A DNA stretch of 64,000 nt, taken from the NCBI GenBank assembly GCA_040403315.1, contig JBBAKX010000006.1, positions 12,473 through 76,472 of the forward strand, given 5' to 3'. Within the stretch, counting starts at the first letter, position 1; every line of letters begins with the position of its first letter. Origin of the DNA: Flavobacteriales bacterium (lineage in GTDB: Bacteria > Bacteroidota > Bacteroidia > M30B66). Below, in pieces: positions 1-9,916 of the stretch. The translations under genes and the position numbers were made by a program. The notes beneath the pieces are model-generated. The model saw nothing but the letters and a program-made list of their open reading frames with translations, made no database searches and had not been told where the DNA came from.

Positions 1-2
1 AC

Positions 3-1370
3 ATGATGTATGAAAAGGAGGCGTTTGGTAGTGATTATTACGATCAGGCAAGACGCAATGCTCAACGATCTGCATTAAATGCATCTACCAAAGATTTGTA
101 TCCAATAGCTTCATCCGACGCAGGAAGTTCGCGATGGTATCCCAAAGGAGCTATGGTATTGCAGATGCTCAAGTATGTAGTTGGACGTGAATCCTTTAAC
201 CGTGCCGTAAAATATTATCTTGAACGTAATCCATACGGAAACGTAGATTCTCATGATTTACTTCGGGCTCTCCACGAAACTTCTGGAGAATCGTTGGATT
301 GGTTTTGGGAACAATGGATTTACCGAGGCGGAGAACCTTCTTATGTAGTTTCTGCTGTTTCCGATCAAATCAAAACCACATTCAATGTAGCACAATTGCA
401 GAAAAAAGAACCATTCATAGGTCTTTTCAAAATGCCGATCTGGTTCGAAGTCTGTTTTACTGATGGAACTTCAGCTCGAAAACAGGTTTGGATCAGTGAA
501 GAAAAATCTGTAGTAGAAATTGATCATCCTGCTGGAAAAAAGATTGCTTATACGCTCTTCGATCCAAACAATGAAATTATGAAATCGGTCGAATTCAGTA
601 AACCGCTAGAACAGCTAAAATCGCAATTGAAGTCTTCAAAATTCATGCTCGATCGCCTTGATGCGCTTAATGCTATGATGTCTTTACCAATCGATCAAAC
701 ACGTGAGTCATTCCAAGAAGCCTTTCGAAAAGATCCATCTGTTCAAGTGAAGAATATGGCTGTGATTGCCTTGCAAAGTGATAAAAACAAGTCATCTATC
801 AAGTTACTTCACGAAGCACTGAAACATCCAAAGTACCAAGTTCGACAAAATGCCTTGGAGTCGATCGACACACTCTCGAAGGATTTCTTCGCTGATGTTG
901 AACTTCTTCTGAAAGATTCTAGTTATTTAACTGTTGCATCGGCTTTGGAAAAACTTGCTGCTGCTAATCCCAAAAAATTGAGTGAATATCTTCAATTAAC
1001 GGCCGCAGAAACGGGCGACAATGCGCGTAACATCAGATTTACTTGGTTGAAATTAGCCATCACCAATCAACCAAAACAACATATAGATGAGTTGGTGGAT
1101 CTTTCGTCAGAATCTTTCGAATTCAACACCCGTAGAGCTGCGTTTTCTTTGTTGAAGGAATTGAAGATATCCAATGAAAAAGCTGCAGATTACGCCATGA
1201 ATGCAGCAAAAAATCCGAACAACCGATTAGCAAATGGTGGATTGGGCTACTTAATTTGGCTTTATAAAGATGTACCTGACTTAAAACTGAAGGTTCAGAA
1301 ACTTATAGATAACCTTGGCAATTCTGATTGGGAGAGTAAAATTAAAGAACGAATTGTGGCTGGAAAGTAA
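3..1370 (+). CDS. M1-family aminopeptidase (aminopeptidase N-like), C-terminal portion; the 5' end lies outside the window
   Basis: The ORF runs from the window edge. The WFWEQWIYRGGEPSY segment and the following HEAT/ARM-like helical repeats match the post-catalytic domain of M1 peptidases. The catalytic HEXXH would lie upstream of the window. Confidence 0.55.
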   Translation: MMYEKEAFGSDYYDQARRNAQRSALNASTKDLYPIASSDAGSSRWYPKGAMVLQMLKYVVGRESFNRAVKYYLERNPYGNVDSHDLLRALHETSGESLDWFWEQWIYRGGEPSYVVSAVSDQIKTTFNVAQLQKKEPFIGLFKMPIWFEVCFTDGTSARKQVWISEEKSVVEIDHPAGKKIAYTLFDPNNEIMKSVEFSKPLEQLKSQLKSSKFMLDRLDALNAMMSLPIDQTRESFQEAFRKDPSVQVKNMAVIALQSDKNKSSIKLLHEALKHPKYQVRQNALESIDTLSKDFFADVELLLKDSSYLTVASALEKLAAANPKKLSEYLQLTAAETGDNARNIRFTWLKLAITNQPKQHIDELVDLSSESFEFNTRRAAFSLLKELKISNEKAADYAMNAAKNPNNRLANGGLGYLIWLYKDVPDLKLKVQKLIDNLGNSDWESKIKERIVAGK

Positions 1371-1457
1371 ATCTGCAGTTAGATCGAATTCTAGATTCGA
1401 ATATTAAATCAAAATTTGGGGCAGGGGAGAACTTGCCCTTTTTCTTATCCTACCAAA

Positions 1458-1497
1458 TAAAAAAGGCTGACCAGTAAATGATCAGCCTTTCTATTTT
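1458..1497. terminator. bidirectional rho-independent terminator between the convergent peptidase and pnp genes
   Basis: The 7-bp stem AGGCTGA(1464-1470)/TCAGCCT(1482-1488) has an A-run 5' and a T-run 3', so a U-tract follows the hairpin on both strands. Confidence 0.55.
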
Positions 1498-1511
1498 ATG
1501 TGGAAAACAGT

Positions 1512-3647
1512 TTAATTAACAGCTTTCTCTGGCTTAGGTAAAAGAACTTTACGGCTCAATTTAAATTTGCCTGTCTTCTTGTCAATGTCGATCAATTTTA
1601 CTTCGATGATATCTCCTTCTTTAAGCACACCATCCATTGTTTCAATTCTTCTATGATCGATTTCAGAGATATGAAGAAGACCGTCTTTTCCTGGAAGGAT
1701 TTCAACGAATGCCCCAAAAGCAACGATTGATTTCACTTTGCCATTGAAAACTTCGCCAATTTCAGGCACTGCAACAATTGATCTAATTTTAGCAACAGCT
1801 TTATCGATGCTCTCCTTATTTGAAGACGAAATTTGAACCACACCTTGATCGCCAACTTCTTCAATAACGATAACGGTTTGCGTTTCTTTCTGCATTTCTT
1901 GAATGATCTTACCACCTGGTCCGATTACAGCACCAATGAATTCTTTAGGAATTCTTAGTTCAATAATTCGTGGAGCGTGTGGTTTGTAATCTTCTCTTGG
2001 AGCAGAAAGTGTCTTAGTCATTTCACCAAGAATGTGCAAACGACCTTCTTTAGCTTGTTTCAAAGCATTGAGCATAATTTCATAGCTCAATCCCATAACC
2101 TTGATGTCCATCTGGCAAGCAGTGATACCATCAACAGTTCCGGTTACCTTGAAATCCATATCTCCTAAGTGATCTTCATCACCAAGAATATCAGACAATA
2201 CAGCATATTTGCTACCATCGTCAGTGATCAATCCCATGGCGATTCCTGAAACTGGCTTCTTCAATTTAACACCAGCATCCATTAGTGCAAGTGTTCCCGC
2301 ACAAACTGTTGCCATTGATGAAGAACCATTAGATTCTAAAATATCAGAAACTACACGTATGGTGTAAGGATTTTCTGGAGCCTTGGGAAGCATTGGTTTC
2401 AATGCTCTCAGTGCAAGATTTCCATGACCAATTTCGCGACGACTTGTTCCGCGGTTTGGTCGGGCTTCTCCAGTTGAGAATGAAGGAAAATTATAATGCA
2501 ACAAGAAATTGTTTGAACCTTCTAATACAGCTCCATCAATCATTTGCTCGTCCATCCTGTTACCAAGAGTTACGGTAGTCAAAGATTGAGTTTCTCCACG
2601 GGTGAAAACGGCTGATCCATGAGCAGATGGAAGATAATCAACTTCAGACCAAATAGCGCGAATATCACGAAGACCACGACCATCAAGGCGTTTGCTTTCG
2701 TTCAAGATCACTTGACGCATTGCTTTCTTCTCCACATCATGGAAATAAACACTGATCAAGTTGCCAGCACCTGCAATTTCTTCTTCAGAAAGAGTGGCTT
2801 TGAAATCTGCTTTGATGACTTTGAATGCTTCAGAACGTGCTTTTTTATTGGCATTTCCTGAACGAGCAACTTCTGCACATCTATCGTAGCAGAAAGAAAA
2901 AATCTGCTCTTTAAGCTCTGGATTGTGTGCTTCGTGGTTGTATGAGCGTTTTGGCGAAGAGGTAGGAACCATTGCAGCCAACTCGTTGATGGCATTGATC
3001 TGAACACGAATTGCATTATGAGCGAGTTTGATCGCTTCCAACATATCCTCTTCAGAAGCTTCTTTCATTTCACCTTCAACCATCACAATGCTTTCTTGAG
3101 AAGCAGCAACGATGATATCCAAATCGGCGTTTTCAAGAAGTTCGATAGATGGATTTACATGTAGTTGACCATCAATTCGAGCCACACGTACTTCAGAGAT
3201 CGGTCCGTTGAATGGAATATCCGATACTGCTAATGCAGTTGAAGCCGCCAAACATGCCAAAGAATCAGGCAAATGTGTTTTGTCTGAAGAGATCAATTGA
3301 ATGATCATTTGTGTATCAGAATGGTAATCATCTGGAAACAATGGACGCAAAGCGCGGTCAACCAAACGGGAAGTGAGGATTTCATTTTCCGAAGGACGGG
3401 CTTCACGTTTAAAAAATCCACCAGGAAACTTTCCAGTAGATGCATATTTTTCTTGGTATTCAACAGTTAAAGGCATGAAATCCACGCCCTCTTTGGCATC
3501 TTCGTTGCTAACAACTGCCGCCAAAAGCATTGTTCCGCCAACGCGGATCACTGCCGAACCATGGGCCTGCTTCGCCAATTTGCCAGTCTCGAGGGTTACC
3601 TCTTGACCATCGGGCATAACGAAAGTCTTACGCACTCCAATATTCAT
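1512..3647 (-). CDS. pnp: polynucleotide phosphorylase / polyribonucleotide nucleotidyltransferase
   Basis: 711 aa. It has two RNase PH-like domains and C-terminal KH and S1 domains (…[27 protein letters not shown]…). It sits in the conserved position downstream of rpsO. Confidence 0.95.
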   Translation of the reverse strand: MNIGVRKTFVMPDGQEVTLETGKLAKQAHGSAVIRVGGTMLLAAVVSNEDAKEGVDFMPLTVEYQEKYASTGKFPGGFFKREARPSENEILTSRLVDRALRPLFPDDYHSDTQMIIQLISSDKTHLPDSLACLAASTALAVSDIPFNGPISEVRVARIDGQLHVNPSIELLENADLDIIVAASQESIVMVEGEMKEASEEDMLEAIKLAHNAIRVQINAINELAAMVPTSSPKRSYNHEAHNPELKEQIFSFCYDRCAEVARSGNANKKARSEAFKVIKADFKATLSEEEIAGAGNLISVYFHDVEKKAMRQVILNESKRLDGRGLRDIRAIWSEVDYLPSAHGSAVFTRGETQSLTTVTLGNRMDEQMIDGAVLEGSNNFLLHYNFPSFSTGEARPNRGTSRREIGHGNLALRALKPMLPKAPENPYTIRVVSDILESNGSSSMATVCAGTLALMDAGVKLKKPVSGIAMGLITDDGSKYAVLSDILGDEDHLGDMDFKVTGTVDGITACQMDIKVMGLSYEIMLNALKQAKEGRLHILGEMTKTLSAPREDYKPHAPRIIELRIPKEFIGAVIGPGGKIIQEMQKETQTVIVIEEVGDQGVVQISSSNKESIDKAVAKIRSIVAVPEIGEVFNGKVKSIVAFGAFVEILPGKDGLLHISEIDHRRIETMDGVLKEGDIIEVKLIDIDKKTGKFKLSRKVLLPKPEKAVN

Positions 3648-3671
3648 GTGTGGGTGATATTAAGTTGTGAT

Positions 3672-3704
3672 AAAAAAAGAAAAAGGCAATCGTAACAATT
3701 GCCT
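3672..3704 (-). terminator. rpsO terminator / rpsO-pnp intergenic hairpin (minus strand)
   Basis: The stem AGGCAAT(3684-3690)/ATTGCCT(3698-3704) is followed on the minus strand by a T-tract (the A-run at 3672-3683 on the plus strand). This is the same position as the attenuating rpsO terminator and pnp leader hairpin described in other bacteria. Confidence 0.5.
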
Positions 3705-3724
3705 TTTTCAATAGGTTTTCAGAA

Positions 3725-3994
3725 TTACTTTCTGATATTCAATTCTTTGATGAGCGTCCGGTATTTTGCAATATCTCGGTCTTTCAGATAATCGAGCAAG
3801 CTTCTACGCTTTCCTACTAGTTTAATTAAGGAACGCTGAGTTCCAAAATCTTTACGGTTAGCTTTTAGATGCTCAGTCATCATGTTAATGCGCTCAGTAA
3901 AGAGTGCAATCTGCGCTTCTGTGGATCCGGTGTTTGTTGCTGTACCACCGTGTTTTGCAAAAATTTCTTTTTTTGCTTCTGATGTCAATGCCAT
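3725..3994 (-). CDS. rpsO: 30S ribosomal protein S15
   Basis: The 89-aa product begins MALTSEAKKEIF…, with the internal ATG at 3994 taken as the start. It is S15-like throughout and lies upstream of pnp. Confidence 0.9.
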   Translation of the reverse strand: MALTSEAKKEIFAKHGGTATNTGSTEAQIALFTERINMMTEHLKANRKDFGTQRSLIKLVGKRRSLLDYLKDRDIAKYRTLIKELNIRK

Positions 3995-4023
3995 GTGATT
4001 GATGTCTTCTTTTAACAGGACCG

Positions 4024-4055
4024 CAAAGATAGTCAAAAAAGCAGATTACAAAACT
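4024..4055 (-). promoter_or_regulatory. candidate Bacteroidota-type promoter of rpsO (-33 TTTG … -7 TATCTTTG)
   Basis: On the minus strand, TTTG (rc of 4052-4055) lies 17 nt upstream of TATCTTTG (rc of 4024-4031). The element is about 30 nt upstream of the rpsO ATG. Confidence 0.35.
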
Positions 4056-4090
4056 GCAATTTCGAAAAAATTAACAATCCAATGTCAATA

Positions 4091-4972
4091 TCAGTTAAAT
4101 GCCCCTTTTACCTGTGGTGCGCAGTCTTGCTTCATCAGTAGGCGAACCACCTGAGCTAGCTTGTATTTTAGGTCTCTTCGTTCAACAATAAAATCAAGGA
4201 ATCCATGCTCTAAAACAAATTCTGCAGTTTGAAATCCTTCAGGTAAATCTTTTCCAATTGTTTCTTTTACAACACGTGGACCAGCAAAACCGATCAACGC
4301 ACCAGGTTCAGAAATATTTAAATCACCTAACATCGCATAAGATGCAGTAACACCGCCAGTTGTTGGGTCTGTTAACAATGAAATGTATGGTAATTTTGCA
4401 TCTGCGAGCAACGTGAGCTTCGCTGAGGTTTTGGCCATCTGCATCAATGAAAACGCAGCTTCCATCATCCTTGCTCCACCAGATTTAGAGATAATCATCA
4501 ATGGCAGCTTGTGCTTAATGCAATAGTCGATCGATCTTGAAATTTTTTCCCCTACTACAGATCCCATCGAGCCACCAATGAATTCAAAATTCATGCAGGC
4601 AACAACCATTTTAACCTCATCCACAGTGCCTACAGCGCAAGAAATTGCATCCTTGTAACCAGTTTTTGCTTGTGAAGCAACAATTCGGTCGCTATATTTC
4701 TTAGTATCTACAAAGCCTAATGGATCGTTTGGAGAAATCTTCGGAAACAACTCTGTGTATTCTTGATCATCGAACAATATCGCGAAATACTCGCGTGAAT
4801 TGATACGCTCATGGTAACCACAGTTTCCACAAACCCACATGCTATCTTCATGATCGCCAGATGAGTAAATCTTCTTGCACGATGGACATTTATACCACAA
4901 TCCTTCAGGAGTTTCCTTCTTGTCGAGGGTAGAGGTTGTAATGTTCTTATCTTTTCTTTTGAACCAACTCAT
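4091..4972 (-). CDS. accD: acetyl-CoA carboxylase carboxyltransferase subunit beta
   Basis: The N-terminal C4 zinc ribbon (CPSCKK…CGNCGYH) is followed by a crotonase-fold carboxyltransferase domain. The product is 293 aa. Confidence 0.9.
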   Translation of the reverse strand: MSWFKRKDKNITTSTLDKKETPEGLWYKCPSCKKIYSSGDHEDSMWVCGNCGYHERINSREYFAILFDDQEYTELFPKISPNDPLGFVDTKKYSDRIVASQAKTGYKDAISCAVGTVDEVKMVVACMNFEFIGGSMGSVVGEKISRSIDYCIKHKLPLMIISKSGGARMMEAAFSLMQMAKTSAKLTLLADAKLPYISLLTDPTTGGVTASYAMLGDLNISEPGALIGFAGPRVVKETIGKDLPEGFQTAEFVLEHGFLDFIVERRDLKYKLAQVVRLLMKQDCAPQVKGAFN

Positions 4973-5174
4973 TCTTATAGATTTTGGCTCTGAAAGATTG
5001 CTCTTTCAAAAACGGGATGTAAACCTAAGGCATTTCGATTACATAGCCAAAAAACAGACTTCGTTGATGTTCCATTTTTCTTTGAAAGCATTGTTATCAC
5101 TCAAATTATCATCAGTATAATGATATCAACAGCGATTGTTTCAGAACCTGGTCACATTTTAAGGTTTGATGGTG

Positions 5175-8100
5175 TTACTTGTATTCGGGTAATCTTCCTG
5201 GTGTTGCTGGCGCCTTTAGTATTTCAAGTTCCTTTTCGAGCTTTACAACCATGCTATCAATAGTTTGAACTTCTAAGTAAACAGGACCAAACAATGATTT
5301 CACCAGATTTAACTGCTCCTTTTGTGTACTTGAAGGCACTTGGGTTGTTGACCACCAACCATACACAATATTATCAATACGACTCACGATCCCCGGAAGG
5401 GTTTCAAATTCACGTCTTGAAATGGAACGATCTCCTTGAAGTCGCATTTCAACTTGTTTCAATCTCAACTCGATTTCAGTAAGTTTTTCTTGAACCACAA
5501 GCTGTGCAGCCGCGTCTTTTACCTTGGCAGCCTTCATGAATTTTACTTTGTTCTTCAAATGATCCACATACCCAGAAGTTCCACTCACAATTCTCCGAAT
5601 CTCTTCAACTTCAGTCCTAAAGGCTAACATTTCTTGATTTTCTTCGTTTGTTCGTGCATTTTGAATTTCTAACTCCATCTTTTCACTAATGGCCTCAGAA
5701 CGACCGTTTTTCACCAAATAAATCTGCACTTGATAAATGTCTGGTTGAACAAAGGCACTTAAATCTCCTGAGTCGTATGGATTGTCAGGATCTGGAGTAT
5801 AAAAGTTAACTTCATTGGTCGAGTGATTTCTTCCATCCCAAACAGTCTTTTTCAAGCCTTTCTTAGCACTTTCGCGGAATTCTCGTACTAATTCACCTGA
5901 AGCATTGGTAATTCTAACAAGCAAATTGGGTGCTTCTTGCAGACTTTCAAGTCGAATCGTATCCTTGGAAGGATATCGAACCACTTGATTGTTTTTCTGT
6001 TTCTCTTTTTCTGACTCTTTTCTCAATTCCTTCAGCGACTTAACATCTTGGTTCATGATCCAATGAATCACTGCACCATTTGCAGGATTTTCTGCCGAAT
6101 ACAAAGAAGCTCCCTGAAAAGAATTCCCTTTATGTCCAAGTGGAGTCGCTAGATTTTTGATTTGATACGGCTCAATTGGAAAAATAGAAGCAAGTACTTT
6201 TTCAGGATTGCTAATAGCTGGCTTTTCAAGGGTTTCAGGTAAACTTCTGAGGATGTGCAAATCATCTAAAATGTAAAACCCACGACCAAAAGATGCCAGC
6301 ACCATATCATCGGCTTGTTCCTGAATTTCTATATCTCTGATACAAATTACTGGCAACCCGCCTTTCAATTGAATCCAATTTTTACCGTTATCGGAACTGA
6401 AAAACACACCGAATTCAGTTCCGCAGTATAGATAGCCGACCTTTTTAGGATCTTCTGCGATACAATAAACAGATCCTCTGGCTGGCAGGTTTCCTTGAAT
6501 TGGTTTCCACGACTTGCCCGCATCTTCACTCATCATCAGATAAGGCTTGAAATCACCGTTTCTATGGTTATTGAATACAGCATAAATTACGTTTACGTTG
6601 TGACGAGAAGCCACAACATTCTGAACCAAAACTTGATCTGGAACACCTGAAAATGTTGATGTTTTATTCCAATTTAATCCTCCATCAGTTGAGATTTGGA
6701 TCAATCCATCATCCGTTCCAGCGATTAAGGTTCCTATATTCAGTGGAGACTCTGAAAAGGCAGTGATGTTTCCATAAATGCTTGTACTTGAGTTTTTTCC
6801 AATAGCATCCATCGACCAAACTTTTCCCATCACTGGAAGTTGGTTTCTGTCAGTGCCGCGACTTAAATCATCAGAAAGTACTTCCCAAGTGTTACCTCTG
6901 TCGTTACTTCTGAACACCTTGTTGGCACAGAAGTACAGACGATTGGAATTGTGAGAAGAGAGCAGGAGGGGAGCGTCCCAATTCCAACGAAGTGCTGCCA
7001 CATCATATTTGCCTTCTTGTGGCTTAATATCAAAAGCTTCCCCGGTTCTCCGATCAAATCGAATTAATCCACCATATTGCCATTGTGAGTAAACGATGTT
7101 TGGGTCGGTTGGGTCAACTTGCGACTCAAATCCGTCGCCACCCACAGTTACAAACCAATCAGAATTTAGAATTCCTGAGGCAGAGTTTGTTCTAGATGGT
7201 CCGCCCAAAGTATTATTGTCTTGCGTACCGCCATAAAGATAATAGTTTGGAAATTGCTTGTCGGTTGTAACTCTGTAGAACTGAGTGATCGGTAAATTGG
7301 CAAAGTATCTCCAAGTTTGCGCTCCATCAAAGGTTTCGTATAATCCGCCATCACAGCCCATAAGTGCATGAGATGGTGCATCAGGGAAGACGTAAAGAGC
7401 ATGATTATCAACGTGTTTGTTCTTTTCACCTAAACCTTGAAACGATTTACCAGCATCCTTGCTGATTTTTGCCCAAGTATCGAGACTGTAAAGGATATCG
7501 GGATCATTGGGATGACATTGAATTTCTTGATAATAGTTACCGGCAGTAGCCCAATTAGAGCGTTTTTCCCAAGAAGCTCCTCGGTTTCGACTAAGGTAAA
7601 CGCCTTTGGATTCTTCATCAGCTTCCACAATGGCATAAATTCTATCTGGATCAGCATTCGTTACAGCCAATCCAATTCGTCCAACATCTCCAGAAGGAAG
7701 TCCATTGCTAAGTTTATCCCAAGTTTTTCCACCATCCAAGCTGCGGTAAACGGCAGATTCAGGACCACCTGAGATGTATGTCCATTCGTGGCGACGACGC
7801 TGATGTGCGGCTGCATAGATAATTTCAGGGTTTCCATGCATGAAATGCACTTCATTGAAACCTGTATTTTCGGAAGATTTAAGTTTCAAAACCCATGATT
7901 TTCCACCGTCAATAGATTGATAAATGCCTCGATCTCCGCCAGCCGACCAAAGTGGTCCATATGCTGCTACATATATATTGTTTGAATTTCTTGGATCAAC
8001 GATGATTTTTCCGATATGTTCTGAATTCGAAAGCCCCATATTTTTCCAGGATTGACCGCCGTCTTCCGATTTGTAAATTCCATCCCCATAAGCGACAGAG

Positions 8101-8465
8101 CGTTGGTTGTTATTTTCTCCAGTTCCAACCCAAATAACATTGTGATTATTGGGATCAATCGTTATGCAACCAATCGAATAAGAACCTTGTTCATCGAAAA
8201 TAGGAAGGAAGGTTGTTCCAGAATTGATGGTTTTCCAAATTCCACCAGAAGCAGCTGCGATGTACCAAATTGATGAGTTTGTTTGATCAACGGCAATGTC
8301 ACCAATACGACCTGAAGCCACAGCTGGACCAATTGATCTGAATTGTAATGATTGATAAGCTGGATTTTCGACCGGTTTAACAACTGGATTTTTGGACGAT
8401 TTCTGGGCCCAAATATTCGTTGATGCCATGAGAAGCCAAATAGAAATTTGCAGGATGGTTTTCAT
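5175..8465 (-). CDS. secreted BNR/Asp-box repeat protein (sortilin/VPS10-like beta-propeller) with a C-terminal coiled-coil region
   Basis: A signal peptide (MKTILQISIWLLMASTNIWAQ) is followed by several S-x-D-x-G-x-(S/T)-W Asp-box repeats: SEDGGQSW, SIDGGKSW, SLDGGKTW, STDGGLNW, SSDNGKNW. The C-terminal ~200 aa is heptad-rich. The start is placed at the internal ATG 8465 (the ORF extends to 8495). Confidence 0.7.
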   Translation of the reverse strand: MKTILQISIWLLMASTNIWAQKSSKNPVVKPVENPAYQSLQFRSIGPAVASGRIGDIAVDQTNSSIWYIAAASGGIWKTINSGTTFLPIFDEQGSYSIGCITIDPNNHNVIWVGTGENNNQRSVAYGDGIYKSEDGGQSWKNMGLSNSEHIGKIIVDPRNSNNIYVAAYGPLWSAGGDRGIYQSIDGGKSWVLKLKSSENTGFNEVHFMHGNPEIIYAAAHQRRRHEWTYISGGPESAVYRSLDGGKTWDKLSNGLPSGDVGRIGLAVTNADPDRIYAIVEADEESKGVYLSRNRGASWEKRSNWATAGNYYQEIQCHPNDPDILYSLDTWAKISKDAGKSFQGLGEKNKHVDNHALYVFPDAPSHALMGCDGGLYETFDGAQTWRYFANLPITQFYRVTTDKQFPNYYLYGGTQDNNTLGGPSRTNSASGILNSDWFVTVGGDGFESQVDPTDPNIVYSQWQYGGLIRFDRRTGEAFDIKPQEGKYDVAALRWNWDAPLLLSSHNSNRLYFCANKVFRSNDRGNTWEVLSDDLSRGTDRNQLPVMGKVWSMDAIGKNSSTSIYGNITAFSESPLNIGTLIAGTDDGLIQISTDGGLNWNKTSTFSGVPDQVLVQNVVASRHNVNVIYAVFNNHRNGDFKPYLMMSEDAGKSWKPIQGNLPARGSVYCIAEDPKKVGYLYCGTEFGVFFSSDNGKNWIQLKGGLPVICIRDIEIQEQADDMVLASFGRGFYILDDLHILRSLPETLEKPAISNPEKVLASIFPIEPYQIKNLATPLGHKGNSFQGASLYSAENPANGAVIHWIMNQDVKSLKELRKESEKEKQKNNQVVRYPSKDTIRLESLQEAPNLLVRITNASGELVREFRESAKKGLKKTVWDGRNHSTNEVNFYTPDPDNPYDSGDLSAFVQPDIYQVQIYLVKNGRSEAISEKMELEIQNARTNEENQEMLAFRTEVEEIRRIVSGTSGYVDHLKNKVKFMKAAKVKDAAAQLVVQEKLTEIELRLKQVEMRLQGDRSISRREFETLPGIVSRIDNIVYGWWSTTQVPSSTQKEQLNLVKSLFGPVYLEVQTIDSMVVKLEKELEILKAPATPGRLPEYK

Positions 8466-8711
8466 TTCACAAAAGAAACGAAAGAATTGCTGCAAGAAAA
8501 CGCATAGGAAAACTTTTCATAAAATTTGATTCATACTGCAGTAAATAATTTCGTCAAATTTTCAATAGTTGATATCATACTCAAACTATCAGGATTTTAT
8601 CGGTTTGATTTTGGATTGTATATTGAAGCAGACAAAGAACGAAACATCAATAAGTCGTACCAAATTCACGTATTCATTTGTCCTATAATTAATATTATGT
8701 TAAATAGTAAT

Positions 8712-8741
8712 ATTCTAAAAAAGAGGCGATTAAGCCTCTTC
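8712..8741 (-). terminator. rho-independent terminator after the TPR lipoprotein gene
   Basis: The stem AAGAGGC(8721-8727)/GCCTCTT(8734-8740) is followed on the minus strand by a T-tract (the A-run at 8714-8722 on the plus strand). Confidence 0.5.
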
Positions 8742-8746
8742 TTGTA

Positions 8747-9907
8747 TTATGGTTGCATTTCTTTCTTTACCGCCTCGAACTTCTCAGTTAGATTCATGCG
8801 AACGTAAAGTTGTTTTAGTGCTTTCAAAATATCCAATCGATCATCTGAACCTTTTTCTGTGAGTTCTTTGGCTTTCTCAAGATATTCTAGTGCGATTGCT
8901 AATTGTGCATCGGCAGCTTTAATTCCAGCTTCATATTTTTTATTGTCTTTTTCATTGTTAGCAGCATCCTGAAGTTTTTTTCCTTCATTGTTGTAATAAG
9001 CTCCAAGATTGTAATACGCTTGCCATGCCTCTGGTTTGATTTCGATCGCTTTCTTATATCCTACAATTGCTTCTTCCATCCTTCCTAAACTCTCGTAAGT
9101 AGAACCCGCTGCTAGATAAAGTGTGTGGTTCTTAGGATCGTTTTCAATGGCAAGTTTCAGCAATGTTTCGGCTTCCGCATTTTGCTTTGTTCTGAACAAA
9201 TAATTCAGATTTTCGGTCAACAAAGCTTGGTTTCTCGGGAACTTCGACCGACCATCTTTCAAGGTATTCATTCCAGCTGCAGTATCGCCTTTAGCTAATT
9301 GGGCTTTGTAAATTTGACCATAAATCATTCCAGTCGAATCATTTACAACAGTTTTTGAGTAATACTCAATGGCTTTGTCGTAATTCCCAGCATTCATAGC
9401 GGCAACTGCTGTGTTAGAGATTCCGTCTTTATCTGGAGTTCCTTTTAGCGCAGAAAGCATTACTACTTTTTCGAAAAGCTCCGTTGCAGCTGCGTAGTTC
9501 TTTTCATTAAACGCAATGATACCAAGGTTTTTGTAAGATATAATCGCTTTTTGGTAACAATCATCTGCGTTTTCGTACTTCGCATCGAGCCTGTAGGCTT
9601 TTTCAAATGATTCGGCTGCTACAACTAGAGGGTTCCCTCCTGCTTGCTGAATTAAATCAGCATTTTTGCTTTCAAAATAGCTCAAATATACGTTACCCCT
9701 CACCCACCATGTTTTAGGTTTGCCTGCGGTACTTTCTGTTTGGCTGGCTTCATCAATGAAACCTTTTGCTTTTTGGATGCTTTCAATGTCGGTTTTATCT
9801 TTTTGATAATACCCCAGAGCGTTGATAGCACTCACAACTTTGGATTGTTGCGCTGTCAGGAATGTACTGCTAAGCAGCATCAGCGACAGCATGATTCTGT
9901 TTTTCAT
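8747..9907 (-). CDS. TPR-repeat lipoprotein/secreted protein
   Basis: A signal peptide (MKNRIMLSLMLLSSTFLTAQQ) is followed by multiple 34-aa TPR-like repeats (AxxxYxxA patterns). Confidence 0.7.
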   Translation of the reverse strand: MKNRIMLSLMLLSSTFLTAQQSKVVSAINALGYYQKDKTDIESIQKAKGFIDEASQTESTAGKPKTWWVRGNVYLSYFESKNADLIQQAGGNPLVVAAESFEKAYRLDAKYENADDCYQKAIISYKNLGIIAFNEKNYAAATELFEKVVMLSALKGTPDKDGISNTAVAAMNAGNYDKAIEYYSKTVVNDSTGMIYGQIYKAQLAKGDTAAGMNTLKDGRSKFPRNQALLTENLNYLFRTKQNAEAETLLKLAIENDPKNHTLYLAAGSTYESLGRMEEAIVGYKKAIEIKPEAWQAYYNLGAYYNNEGKKLQDAANNEKDNKKYEAGIKAADAQLAIALEYLEKAKELTEKGSDDRLDILKALKQLYVRMNLTEKFEAVKKEMQP

Positions 9908-9916
9908 CGTTAAGCC

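Noticed and set aside
8526-8807. 93-aa plus-strand ORF spanning the BNR/TPR intergenic region
   Set aside because: It overlaps the TPR gene's terminator hairpin and stop region. It is AT-rich and low-complexity, with no start context.
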